NCBI RefSeq assembly: GCF_001194135.2
Contig: NC_068987.1
Coordinates: 16,106,194 to 16,170,193 of the forward strand
Direction: 5' to 3'
DNA length: 64,000 nt
From: Octopus bimaculoides
Taxonomy: Eukaryota
This document shows, in pieces, positions 37,630 to 50,245 of this stretch. Made by a program: the position numbers and the translations under genes. Numbering within the stretch: the stretch's first letter is position 1; every line of letters begins with the position of its first letter. The notes below the pieces were generated by a model. That model made no database searches, had not been told where the DNA came from, and saw only the letters and a program-made list of their open reading frames with translations.

Positions 37630-38062
37630 GAGCCACTGACACAGGAGCCAGTCAGTGGCCCTGGCAATGATCACGCTCGAATGGTGCTTCTAACGTTCCA
37701 CTGGCACAGGTGCCTATAGGCGGTACTATCATTGGCCACGACAACGATTTCACTTGCCTCAACAGGTCTTCACAAGCATAGTTTATTGTCCAATGATTGA
37801 AGGGTACTCTTAAATGGGCTGGTTATGCTGCACAGGCATAGGCCACGGTTATGGTCTCACTTGGCTTGCTGGGTCTTCTCAAGCACAGCATATCACCAAA
37901 GGTCTCGGTCACTTGTCATTGCCTCAGTGAGGTCCAATGTTCGAAGGTCGTGCTTCACCACATCTTCTTGGGTCTACCTCTTCCACAGGTTCTCTCAACT
38001 GCTAGGGGGTGACACTTTTTCACACAGCTGTCCTCATCCATTTGCAGCATACACACATCTCA
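37630..38062 (-). mobile_element. RTE LINE ORF2 C-terminus plus start of 3'UTR
   Basis: MDEDSCVKKCHPLAVERTCGRGRPKK..VVKHDLRTLDLTEAMTSDRDLW*YAVLEKTQQAK* (stop at 37857-37859), then UTR matching 59590-59800. Confidence 0.85.
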
Positions 38063-39115
38063 ATGACAGGCTTCTTTCCATTTCTGTTTTTTTTAAATTC
38101 CCTCTCATAAGGGTTTAGTTGGCCTGGGGCTACAATAGAAGTCACTTACCCAAGATGCCATGCAATGGGGGACTGATCTTGAGATCACATGGTTGGAAAG
38201 AAAGCATCTTAACCACATGGCAACACCTGTGCTGAGATTTCATTGATTTAACTGGGGAAGAAAGTTTTGAATATCTCACTACTTAATGTCTTTCTTATAT
38301 TTCATTCCATTCCACCATTTGTTGAAGATTCAACAAGATCTACTTGTTGAAGATTCAACAGATTATGTTGGTTTTAGGTCTGTCTAAACTGATTGTGGAT
38401 TGGACAGTTTACCTCTGTTAGGGTGAAAAAGTCTTGGACAGAATTTGAATTCAGAATGCAAAGAACCAGAACAGATACTACATGGCTTGTCCGATACTCA
38501 TACAATTGTGCTTATCCATCCTCCTGGGTCAGTATTTTATTTACCAAGCTTGAAAGGATAAAAAGCAAAGTTGACCTCTGAGATTTTGGTGCAATGTTGT
38601 AAAGCATTCAATCCAATGGTTTCATGATCCTGTTTATTCACTTTCTCTTTGGTTGATCTGGGGCTATAGAAGATACTTGCCCAAACATAGTCTTTAGTTC
38701 AGTCCCACTATGTGTGTGACACCTTAGGCAGGTTTCTTCTCAGCCCTGAGCTGACCAAAGCTTTCTGTAGACAAACTGAAGGAAGCTTGTTTGATTTATA
38801 TATATATATATATTTCTCAAATTGAATTGGGTATGGAAACAATTGTAGGTTTTATGAGTTTGATATTGTTTGGAATTGAATATATATATATATATATANN
38901 NNNNNNNNNNNNNNNNNNNNNNNNNNNNNNNNNNNNNNNNNNNNNNNNNNNNNNNNNNNNNNNNNNNNNNNNNNNNNNNNNNNNNNNNNNNNNNNNNNNN
39001 NNNNNNNNNNNNNNNNNNNNNNNNNNNNNNNNNNNNNNNNNNNNNNNNNNNNNNNNNNNNNNNNNNNNNNNNNNNNNNNNNNNNNNNNNNNNNNNNNNNN
39101 NNNNNNNNNNNNNNN

Positions 39116-39415
39116 GAGGGGTTTTAGTCAAGCAAATTGACCCCAGGACTTATTTTTTAACTTAGTACTTATTCTATCAGTCTCTTTTGACAAACTGCTT
39201 ATTTACAGGGATATATCCCTGTAAATAAGAGCAAACACACACACACACATACACACACACACATATATGACCGGCTTCCTTCAGTTTCTGTCTACCAAAT
39301 CTACTCAAAAGGCTTTGGTTAGTCTGAGGCTATAGTTGATAGCACTTGCTTAAGGTGCCTTGCAGTGAGACTGAACCCGGAACCATGTGGCTGGGAAGCA
39401 AGCTTCTTACCACAG
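39116..39415 (-). mobile_element. F1 SINE
   Basis: Head and tail motifs. Confidence 0.8.
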
Positions 39416-39630
39416 GAGCTGGTAGAAACGTTAGCACACTGGGTGAAATGCTTAGCAGTAGTTTGTCTTTACATTCTGAGTTCAAATTTTGCCGAGGTCA
39501 GCTTTGCCTTTCATCCTTTTGGGGGTGGTGGTGGTGATAAATTAAGTACCATCTGCATACTGGGATCAATCTAATCGATTGGCCCCCTCCCCAAAAATTT
39601 CGGGCCTTGTGCCTAGAGTAAAAAAGAATA
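39416..39630 (+). mobile_element. tRNA-derived SINE family F4
   Basis: gagctggtagaaacgttagcac...gagttcaaat (B box)...gcctttcatccttttggg...gataaattaagtacc. Confidence 0.8.
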
Positions 39631-39739
39631 TTTTTATCCTCTTCTTAGTCACCAGGCTCTTCAAGACGCCTAAGATTAATATTTATATTTAGCTATAGGG
39701 TGAAAATGTGGGCAGGAAGAAAATTCCAGTGGTTGATGT

Positions 39740-39860
39740 CAGTGGTTCTCAACCATTTTTTGCCTATTGACCCCTCTGATTCCTATTTTACTCTGGGAGG
39801 GGGACCCTAATAGCCTCTCTATGTCTAAAAGCTATTATAATTTTATGATTAAATATTATT
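39740..39860 (+). mobile_element. hAT (Charlie-like) MITE left end
   Basis: cagtggttctcaacc terminus; homologous to 43118-43349. Confidence 0.6.
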
Positions 39861-39885
39861 AGGAAATGTATAAAAATGTCAGATT

Positions 39886-40170
39886 GAGAGCTCTGTCAGT
39901 GCACACTATGATGGTGCAATCCGGAAGCAAGTTTCCAATTTAGGAGAGAAGAGATGGATGAAATCCATAGATGGGCAGTTTAACTAGGAGATTCTTGTTC
40001 CAGACACAGTCAAGGCTGATGCCAAATGCAGTGAGATTACTTAAGATCAGCTTCTCAAGGGTGTGGAACCACTGGTGAATGAGCTAAAAGAATCCCAGGT
40101 CTCCCATAAATTTGGGTGTACAGATGTCATACTTGTGGCGTTGAGGAGAAAGTGAGTCTCACCTCAGAAC
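39886..40170 (-). pseudogene. LINE reverse transcriptase fragment (CR1/Jockey-like)
   Basis: HKYDICTPKFMGDL..LIHQWFHTLEK...LDCVWNKNLLVKLPIYGFHPSLLS*IGNLLPDCTIIVCTDRAL (cf. AFDRVWHxxLLxKLxxYG). Confidence 0.8.
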
Positions 40171-40224
40171 AGAATGTTCAACTTGTGTACTAGTAACAGG
40201 TGGGTTCTAGATTGGATCAAAATT

Positions 40225-40768
40225 ATGCCTCCATTCATCTGCCCACACGGCCTCTGACTAAACACGGAATCCTACATGAAGTGCCTGGAGGAGGTAGTGC
40301 TGGCCTGAGACGCAAGCTGCTGGATGACCCTATGTCTGGCAACAGAAGTCTGCTCCATGCTTCACAAACAGGAGAACCCAGTCATGGCTGTCAGACAATT
40401 TCTGTGACCACATCACCCTTAACATCTGGCCACCTAACTCCCCACACTGCAACCCCTTTATTATCATGTGTGGGGTGCTGTTGAGCGAGAGACCAACAAA
40501 ACTCCATGTAACACCAAAGATGAACTGAAGGCAAGGATTATGGCAGCATTCACCAACTTAAACAGGAGACCGTCCAGAAGAGTTGAAGGAGATTCTGAAT
40601 TCGTCTGGAGGCGGTAGTTGAAGCGAATGGCGATTTTATTGAATACATTTATTCTTAAATATTTCAAGATATTTTTATGTAATTTTGGTAAATATATCTG
40701 TTAAAATGCGATGTCAATGTTATTTTCATTTTTGCGTAATTTAGACAGTTTATTCACCGCACCCTGTA
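40225..40768 (+). pseudogene. maT (DD37D) transposase C-terminal half with right TIR
   Basis: MPPFICPHGL*LNTESYMKCLEEVVL..PYVWQQKSAPC..WLSDNFCDHITLNIWPPNSPHCNP..VWGAVERETNKTPCNTKDELKARIMAAF..RLEAVVEANGDFIE; 37-residue spacing; ends gcaccctg-TA; stops and frameshifts. Confidence 0.85.
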
Positions 40769-41149
40769 TGTGTGTGTGTGGTTTCTAATAAAAACAATGA
40801 TTGTATACAGTGAAAGTTTGTCAATTGTTTCTGTTGTTTAGCTCCAGGTCTGCCCTGGTTAAATATACGGTAAGTTAAACGCGTGGGGGTGTGATTGTAA
40901 AAACAATTATCAAATATACCTTTTACGAAAGCGTCCTAGTCACACATAGCCCGCATCTTTTCAGATCACTGTATCTAGGGTCTCTGCGATAAGTAGCTTT
41001 TGTTTTATTTTATGATCTGAGAGAGATTTGGCTGCTATTTCTAGCGCCGAGGCTCCCTCATTGGCTCTAGTAATATGAAGTTAGGCGCTGCTTTGCTTGT
41101 GTGGGCATTTATTCAATATACACACATATATACGCGTTCATTGACATCG

Positions 41150-41335
41150 CCTAACCAACAACATACAGGTATTGGTTATCCAGAAAGATAGACAGACGTA
41201 CGTCGAGATCCAATGACTGTCTAAACTTTTATACAACTACAACACCAACAACAACATTAAATTTCCGGTTTATGAAACACTGAAAAATACCAATTATTAA
41301 TTGTCAACCTGAATTGTCTCTGCTGTCAGGTAAAA
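41150..41335 (+). promoter_or_regulatory. Candidate promoter / non-coding first exon
   Basis: CpG-retaining unique DNA with CCAAT, ETS-like ttccgg and donor-like tcag/gtaaaag at 41329. Confidence 0.2.
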
Positions 41336-43117
41336 GTTTATTTTGTAAACAGTTGAATATGCGTGTGTCCTAATTAGTGTTTGTTTTGCAAGCATTTGTG
41401 TGTATCTTTGTAAATTTCATATATACATACATACATTTATATATTATATATATATATATACGTGTATATATACGTGTGTGTGTGTATAATTTACTTATTC
41501 GAAGCTGCAAGTTCCTTTTATTGCTACTCTTTAAGTTTCGCTAATTTCGGAATAGTGGAGATACGAAAAATAAACTCTTCTTATATACGTTTTTGAATAC
41601 TTTCCACACCTGCATGTGAATTCAAACTTGTGTGTATGTGTGAAATATTTACATATGTAACCTTAGAAAATTGATTTACGCGTGTGTATATGTAAATATA
41701 ATTTGAAAAGTTGTTTGAATGTGTATGTCTGGTCCATGAGGAAACACCCTCCCTCTTTTTTCTGCTCATCAGGATTCATGTTTATATTCTGATCTCATCT
41801 ATTTTACAGTGAAATTTTCTAATATTTAAAACGTATTTCAGTTCTTCTTATTTAAGCTTTATGCATAAAATGACATTTTATATAGACACACACACCCACA
41901 CACACACATATATATGTATATATATATATATATATAAAGCTAAGGCTTTGACAATGTCTAATACTGTAATCTCTCACCATATAGCGGTTTATTATTTGAG
42001 CTTACGTCGATTCCTCTTGGTGTTGTTTTGCATTTATAATAAAATAAAGCCGATAGATATATACAAATTATAAAAATGATAATAAAAAAAATACAGTACT
42101 GTTTCTACTTCGGATTTTCACCTATCGCGAGGTATTTTGGAATATAATACCCGGGATAACCGAGAGATTAGTGAACACACACGCACAGATGCACTCGTTC
42201 AACCTGTTGAATTTGTATGTGTTGCTTGTAAGTTGGAGTGTAAATAAAGTATTATATAAATACGAACTGCTGGTAACTTTTAATATTGAACGCTATAATT
42301 TTATATTAGATCTTATATTAAGCTCGCTCGTGTGTATATATGGAAACGTTTATACATCAACCTACGCCTATAGAAGTATTTCAGTGTGTAAAGATACCTG
42401 TATGTGAGCTCGCGCGCGCACGCAGAGGCCTCTCTATATGCTTCGTTGCTCTTCAGAGGTATATTTTCGTTTCAGAAGACGAAAATAAAAAGGTTAATAT
42501 TTTTTTATTCGTATGTGTGTGTGTGTCCGGACATTGACTGAAGATCTGAACACTAACTGGATTATTTTACACGCTATTTATATACCCACACAATGTATGG
42601 TCGGTCGGATCTTCAATCTTATGTCCGGACTTTTTAAAAGTTGACGTACGTAAAACGCATGACGCCTGCCTGCCTGATAGCGATTGTGGTGGCTTGGTGA
42701 TGGAAATATAGTGAGTGTGAATATGGTCATGGCTGGAGACATTTCAGTACACTTCTGTTAATTGCCTGTTGACGCCCGACTTGTAAAAGATATACACAAC
42801 TCCAACCGCCTCTGAGCCATCCAGAAATGAAACGATAATAGCGTTTCATTTTACTTAATTGCCACCAGCCAACGAGACGAGCTCTTAACCATTCGCACGA
42901 CCTGTTAGAAAATAGCACTCTAAATTTTCCTCTGTCTTAAAAAATACAAAACAAAAAACACTGGCAGTGTAGTTTCTGATATATAAAGATACAGGATGGT
43001 CATGGCTGAAATACCTTTAATCTCAAGTCTGATTAATCAAGGTTGATCTGGGACTAAGCAACAGCATTATTGCTGTCGTTCGAATCGCTAGAAACAGCAG
43101 TCAAATATATTTTACAT

Positions 43118-43130
43118 CAGTGTTTCTCAA

Positions 43131-43168
<38 letters not shown>

Positions 43169-43349
43169 TATGGACCCCCTGGATTCCTATTTTATTCGGA
43201 TGGACCGTCCTATTAATATTTTTGTAAGTAAATATTAGGAATTATATGATAATTATTAAAATATTTTGTGTATTGTAGAAATATAATCAATTTATTGCCG
43301 GTAAATTTTAACAACAAAATCTTACATGGACCCCGGCTGAGAAGCCTAC
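43118..43349 (+). mobile_element. hAT (Charlie-like) MITE
   Basis: cagtgtttctcaacc left end and degenerate gctgagaagccta right end. Confidence 0.6.
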
Positions 43350-44253
43350 CTTGTATACGTATTTATTTCTGTTCCGTTCTTGGTTGGTTCCAAAAGTGTT
43401 AGTTTCTCTGTCAGAGGAATTCCTGTCCCAACACGTTTAATTTCTGGAGAAGGGAATGCTGTGTGTGTGTATGTGTGTATAGTCTTCCCGATTCTGAGAA
43501 AAAGAAGTGAGGGTTGGCGCCAGCATCTCGCTAGTATTTTATCAACCACAGAAATATAGAAGGTGGAGTTGAATTCGGCAAGATTTGAACCCAGAACGCA
43601 AAGAACAGGAACAGGAACAAATATCTCAATTCAAGCTGTCTGACATTCTATCAACTCTGTTGATTCAAAGGACATGTTTGACAATGTAGTTCGAGAAAAA
43701 AAAAACAAAAAAACGACACTGTAGTTAGAAAGAAGGGTGAGTTTTGGAATAGCTGTTTTTTAAAATTGCATATCATATGAGAAAAGAAGAAAACTTGTTT
43801 TTTTATCTCTTTATTCTCCGTCCTATAGTATTTCAGTGTTTCATACAACGGAAATTACTATTGTGGAAAAAACAAAAAAAAAAAAACAAAACAAAAACGA
43901 AACAAATAACAAAAAAAAACAACTTTTTCCCCAAATTCCAATTTTGTTTCTACATTTCCTCAGTCATTTCCATTCACGACTTTTTCCAAAATTTTGCTGA
44001 AAGAGGACGTCTTAAGAACGGCTGGGAATCCTAGGGTTTATTTAATCTGTTCAATTTTGTTGCTCTTAAAACTCATGACAAAATTTCTTGAACGTCACAT
44101 CTCCTCATTTGCTCTTTAATAACCAGTGTCAGATTCAGAGTAACTCATGACCCAAACTGTCCTCTTGACCCATCTATTGTTCCACTGACAGTAAGACATT
44201 AAATGTTGGGTGTGAAATAGATTTTAAAAGAGAATTTTTTTGTTTTTGCCCAG

Positions 44254-44343
44254 GATGTTCTTCTGGTCTTGCTTCGTGACTATTATTATATAGATCCAAA
44301 AGAGTGGAACCCGCTAAACACACCCAAGAGGTGGCATGTAGTG
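44254..44343 (+). CDS. Candidate coding exon (DVLLVLLRDYYYIDPKEWNPLNTPKRWHVV)
   Basis: Strong acceptor tttttttgtttttgcccag, donor gtg/gtatgt, 90 nt, only frame 0 open throughout. Confidence 0.4.
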
Positions 44344-44761
44344 GTATGTTAAACCGAGTAGTGGATTAACTCCACCACCCCAATATTATCTAGCTACTGC
44401 CCGTCTATGTCCAGTTTGTTATTTTTTTTCAATTTTATTATTTAACATTAAATGACAGTAATATATCAAATTATTTACGACCTTAACAAGAAAAAAAATC
44501 TGAAATTTAAACACTTTTGTATTTTTATTTTTTATTTCAATAGCTGAACTGCGACCATGCTGAGACACCATACCGCCTTGAAGTGTTTAGTCGAACAAAT
44601 CGGTCCCCAGTACTCGTTTTCTTTTTCTTGATGCTCCAAGCATGTGATTATTTTGTTTAATGCTTAACCCAGTCCTGATAGAAGGTCAAATTAAATACGT
44701 GTATCCGTGAGCGAAAGCGTGAACTAACCGAAGAAGTGGCCTTTCTGAATGAAACGTCAAA

Positions 44762-44977
44762 ATTCGCCATTCCTTACTTACAATATTCGTTTCATTATGC
44801 ATCATCTTTTCTTTCACATGTCAGGTATACTGAAGACCCTTTTTGTCATTGCTTCAGTCCATGTCAATAAAGTTTTGGTAAAAGCAGGGAATTGTCTGAC
44901 TTAAGACAAAAAAAAAAGGTCTTCAGTATACCTGAAATGTAAATGATGGATAATGAAACGAATAATGTATGGCGAAT
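44762..44977. mobile_element. Small MITE-like inverted repeat (~80-nt arms)
   Basis: attcgccat...tcaggtatactgaagacc versus ggtcttcagtatacctga...atggcgaat. Confidence 0.7.
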
Positions 44978-45764
44978 GTAATGTATGCAGACTATTGCTA
45001 GTTTTCTCTTCGTGTATTGCTAGTATTGTCAAGTATTTCAATATATGAAGAGAAAACTAGACCATTGCTAGCTTTTTTCTTCCTCTATTAAAATACTCGA
45101 TAGTGTTTATTGTGCTTTAAAGGATCATTTCTTAAATACGTATCAGTGTGGTCAAGACGGTCTCTTTGTTACTTACCTGGTTTCTGGTTCAGCCTCATTG
45201 CGCGGCACCTTGAGTATGTTGTCTTCTAGCATAGCTTCGAGTTGGTCAAGGCCTTATGAATGGAGTTTGGTAGATGTTCGTTAGAGGGACCATTTCATTT
45301 TTTGGGGGGTGGCGGAGTTAATCCACTACTCAGTTTAACACCTCACTGCATATCACTTCTTGGGTGCCTACAGCAAGTTCCACTTTTTTTGGATCTTTTT
45401 CATTGAATATGGTGGATCCACAAAGGCCATGAACACTGCACTTTTTCTGATATTGCTATTAAAAAAATAAGCAAAAATCAGTTGAGTGGTACAGCTGGAG
45501 AAACATTGTGTAGTGACATAAATATATTTGGTGATTCGAACTTGTAATTCAGTTTTAGTTACTAGATTGAACCTGACATTCAACAAAGTGAGCTATAATT
45601 TCAGTTGCTGTAGTGGAAGCGAATAAGTTAATGTTTCGGGTCTTCACCCTTCATCTGTTAGTAAAAAAAAAAAAACGAAAGAAATGTCGTCACTATGGAT
45701 GTTAGGCAAAGCCAATTAAATTTTGATTTCTAACATTGGTAAAGACCGCATATATGGAAAGAGA

Positions 45765-46140
45765 AGATGCAGGCTTGACTATGTAGTAAGAAGTCTGCTT
45801 CCCAGTCACATGGTTCCAGGCTCAGTCCCATTGCGTGGCACTGTGGGCAAGTGTCTTCTATTATAATGTCAGTTCGACCAAAACCTTGAGAGTGCATTTG
45901 GTTGACAGACACTGAAAGAATGCCGTTGTGTGTGCGTGTTTGTGTCCCGCTACTACTTGACGACCAGCGTTGGTGAGTTTACAACCTCGTAACTTAGTGG
46001 TTCGGCAAAACAGGCTGATAGTACTAAGTACTAAGCTTTAAAAAAAAAAAGTACTAGGGTCGATTCATTTGACTAAAAATTCTTAAAGACGGTGCCCCAG
46101 CATGGCCGCAGTATAATGGCTGAAACAAGTCGAAGTAAAA
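45765..46140 (+). mobile_element. F1 SINE, full length
   Basis: Head, internal (TG)n, tail; CpGs largely retained. Confidence 0.85.
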
Positions 46141-47378
46141 TGAATTTCAGTATTTGATTGGTTTGTTATTAAAGTAATTGACCACGTAAAGACTGAAAAC
46201 AAAATTAACCCCGGCTTCATTTGAATTCTGAATCTTAATGAGCAGTGAAAATATGCCGATTCCGCCATGTTTTGAAACTCCCTAAAGCTATTCTTGATGT
46301 AGAATCGAAAACCAGATGCAATTATTTGTTCAGAAGTTTTGTTTTATATCTGACAAACAAATTATCCTTTTTAATCGTTCATGAACTTTTTGGTAACATA
46401 TTTTTTTTTTCGACTCTTCGGATAGATTTTTATGATAAGGCTTCCTGCGGCTTGTCATATAAAATATAATGTGTGTGTAAAATTCGATACTTAGCCCATT
46501 TAATCTTATCGGTTAAATCTTTGATATCACGTCTCATTCATTTTTTCTATCGTCTCTTTTTATGTACGTATACACACTTGTATATTGTGTATACACAGAC
46601 ACGCGCACATATACTCAATCAAACACGTGTAGAAGTTTGAGTGTGTGTAATTTGTAATTATAAGGTTTGCTTGTACCATGTTAGCTGTCACTGAGAAATA
46701 TATATCAGAATGTGATTTTTATGAATGTATATAGATAAATGTATGGCGAAAATGTAGTTTTGAAACGTTAATCTCCAGTATCATTGTTTCATGTTCTTTT
46801 TCCTTTGCCCTCTTTGTGATTTTAAACCAATTGGTTTCTCTCTCTCAATAATAGACTATAAATAAGTCCCATTTAAATCTATTGCTTTTACATATATGAA
46901 AACACGTCCAGTTTCATTTCATACCTTAGTCATGGCATCAATTTTAATATACCCCCTCCTTTTTTTCATATATGAAAACACGAAGAGGTTCTTTACGAAT
47001 GTAAACTTGCAAGATGTCACTGGAATATAATTTATGCTAATTTATGTCTAACAATCAGCGGTTGTGTGGTGTGTGTATGTACACATGTGAATAAATAACC
47101 TCTCGTTCCTTCACTACTTCCGAGACCATATTGAGAGTTTGGGCGTCGACTTTGCCTTTCATCCTTTCGAGGTCGATAAAATAACTACCAGTTGAATACT
47201 GGGTCGATGTGATCGACTTAGCCAATCTCCCGAACTAGCTGGTCTTGTGCCAAAATTTGAAATCAATCTTGTTCAATATGGGCGTATCAAACGTCTTTGA
47301 TCTTGGATACGATTCGGAAAGGGGCTTCTATAAATGAAGCTTCAGCTTCAATATGTACATGTTCGACAACATAAGCGT

Positions 47379-47484
47379 TTATTATTCAGGTCACTGCCTG
47401 GAATCGGACTCAGAATCTTGGGGTTAGTAGCCCTCACTCTTAACCACTACGCCATATGCCCGTGACCTGAATAATAATAATAAT
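47379..47484 (-). mobile_element. Short tRNA-derived SINE (F6) with (TAA)n tail and an inverted tail copy at its 5' end
   Basis: gggcatatggcgtagtggttaag...gagtccgattccaggca-gtgacctgaataataa on minus; gtgacctgaataataat again on plus at 47462-47484. Confidence 0.75.
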
Positions 47485-48154
47485 TATTAGCGTTTGTTTC
47501 TAAAATATTATAAAATGGTAATTAAACCAGTTTAATCTTAGTAGTCACATTCGTTCTCGTTGGTTCACAAAGTATTATTCAACACCACATGCGCGAAACA
47601 GTACTGCATTTGCCGACTGAATGGCTACAAAAATAAAATCCTAGAGTATTGTAGTTTTGTGTTTTGTAAGATATACTATAAAACTAGTATAATTAACTCA
47701 GTTTAATCAATCTCAGTAGTCACTTATATAAAATGTTTTATTTGTAAAAGTCGCTTCCGGTTTGTACCAGAGATCAAGAACTTTCAATATGTAAACCTTC
47801 GACATTTCCACCATTTTTTAGACCCCGCTGTATATGTGTGTTTCGGGGAAAAATATAAATACCTTATCTTATGTGTTCATGATCTTTACATTGAGTTCAA
47901 CTTAGCGTTTTTCTTGGTGCAAGTCAAGTATGAAGGTCTATGGTATCGACTTACCCTCTGTCCTTAAAATTGTTTTCCTTCTGCCTTAGTTTAAAGCATA
48001 TTTGCTATATACAACTACTTATATAATAGATAGGAATAATGATTGTATACATTTAATTATTATAGGCTTACAACTGTTTCAGATATACATTTTGGTGCGT
48101 TTAGGGTTCAATTTTATTCATCGATCGAGTAAATCGACTGAAAATATAACGAAC

Positions 48155-48291
48155 CACGCGCAGGCGTAGCTGTGTGGAAGGAAGCTTGCTTACCAACCAC
48201 ATGGTTCCGGGTTCAGCCCCCCACTGCGTGGCACATTGGGCAAGTGTCTTCAAAGCCTTGTGAGTGGATTTGGTAGACGGAAACTGAAAGA

Positions 48292-48296
<5 letters not shown>
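48155..48296 (+). mobile_element. F1 SINE 5' part
   Basis: Head up to gaaactgaaagaag, then (TA)n. Confidence 0.85.
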
Positions 48297-48357
<61 letters not shown>

Positions 48358-48359
<2 letters not shown>

Positions 48360-49183
48360 GGATCTGTTCAGCTTTGCTCACAGATTTTTAAAATTATTAT
48401 TTTTTTCAACTAAACAGTTTGAAACTGTGTATACTGCTGTAATTTCTTATGCTCAACGCAGTTCACTTAAAATATTTTTGACAAAATTTCGTATTTTAGA
48501 AGTTATTTCATGTTAAAGTTGTATTTGGGTAAGTTCAACCAATCAACAACGTGTATTCACTTGAAGAAAGCTATTGCTGTTTGCGAAAGTAATCAAAGAG
48601 GAACAATTTCTGGGTCATCTCTACTAAATTTCACCACTCTGTTCTATTCGTATGTCAGGCGAAGGACTGCAGGAAAGATGATGCCACTGTTATCCTTTCT
48701 TCCTTTCTAGTCAGCACCGTGCATTCCTTACTCTTTCCTTCTCTACTGGCAGACAACCATTTCTACACTATCAACTACCAACCAGCGAGGGAACTTGTCA
48801 CTGCCACTACAATTACTGCTCTATCTCTAACTACATGTCAGGCAAACAAATATATGTAAATAATATTTCTTCCTTCTTGGTGTTGATTCTTTGATGTTTA
48901 CTGGTTACTCTGAAGTGAGAACCAAAAAAAAAAAAAGACGTGTAATATGCAACACAGACAGTAAACAAACATAGAATAGAACAGTGGTGATATTTAGTAG
49001 GGATGACCTTGAAGTTGTTCCTCTTCGATTACTATAGCAAACATCAGTAATTTTCTTCAGCTGAATACACATTATTGATTGGTTAAAATTACCCAAATAC
49101 AACTTTAACATGAAATAACTTCTAAAATACGAAATTTTGTCAAAAATGTTGAAAGTAAACTGTGTTAAACTGAATAGATCCTA
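48358..49183. mobile_element. ~820-nt TA-flanked DNA transposon with ~230-280-nt TIRs inserted in (TA)n
   Basis: TA-ggatctgttcag...ctgaatagatcc-TA; arms 48470-48650 and 48965-49150 align; left arm has a ~90-nt insertion. Confidence 0.85.
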
Positions 49184-49616
49184 TATANNNNNNNNNNNNN
49201 NNNNNNNNNNNNNNNNNNNNNNNNNNNNNNNNNNNNNNNNNNNNNNNNNNNNNNNNNNNNNNNNNNNNNNNNNNNNNNNNNNNNNNNNNNNNNNNNNNNN
49301 NNNNNNNNNNNNNNNNNNNNNNNNNNNNNNNNNNNNNNNNNNNNNNNNNNNNNNNNNNNNNNNNNNNNNNNNNNNNNNNNNNNNNNNNNNNNNNNNNNNN
49401 NNNNNNNNNNNNNNNNNNNNNNNNNNNNNNNNNNNNNNNNNNNNNNNNNNNNNNNNNNNNNNNNNNNNNNNNNNNNNNNNNNNNNNNNNNNNNNNNNNNN
49501 NNNNNNNNNNNNNNNNNNNNNNNNNNNNNNNNNNNNNNNNNNNNNNNNNNNNNNNNNNNNNNNNNNNNNNNNNNNNNNNNNNNNNNNNNNNNNNNNNNNN
49601 NNNNNNNNNNNNNNNN

Positions 49617-49686
<70 letters not shown>

Positions 49687-49944
49687 ACATAGAGAATTAT
49701 AGGTAAAAAGACCCCACCACCATCAAACAAGGAATATCAAATGAACAAAGGAGTCATATATGTTAGTGTCTAATATAAATTCTTGTCTTGGACTAGAATT
49801 GCTGTTGGTAGCTCATTCAAACTCTGTGTGTTGTCTACCAACATAGAAATAGAGCAGATACATCAAGGAGAACATACACACACACACACACACACATGCA
49901 TATATATATATACTTCATTCTGTATTTACATAGAAGCTTGATAA

Positions 49945-50245
49945 ATGCACTTTTTTACTTGTTTCAGTCATTTGACTGCGGCCATGCTGGAGCACCGCCT
50001 TTAGTCGAGCAAATCGACCCCAGGACTTATTCTTTGTAAGCCTAGTATTTATTCTATTGGGTGTCTTCAGCCGAACTGCTAAGTGATGGGGACATAAACA
50101 CACCAGCATCGGTTGTCAAGCGATGTTGGGGGGGCAAACACAGACACACAAACATATACACACACACTGCCCAAGGTGCCACGCAGTGGGACTGAACCCA
50201 GAACCATGTGGTTGGTAAGCAAGCTACTTAGCACACAGCCACTCC
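49945..50245 (-). mobile_element. F1 SINE, young, internally deleted
   Basis: Near-consensus tail and head. Confidence 0.85.

Noticed and set aside
48510-49111. Two paralogous MLKLYLG... ORFs as a duplicated gene (likewise 21479/22159 and 12209/14723)
   Set aside because: They are the two arms of inverted repeats read on opposite strands.
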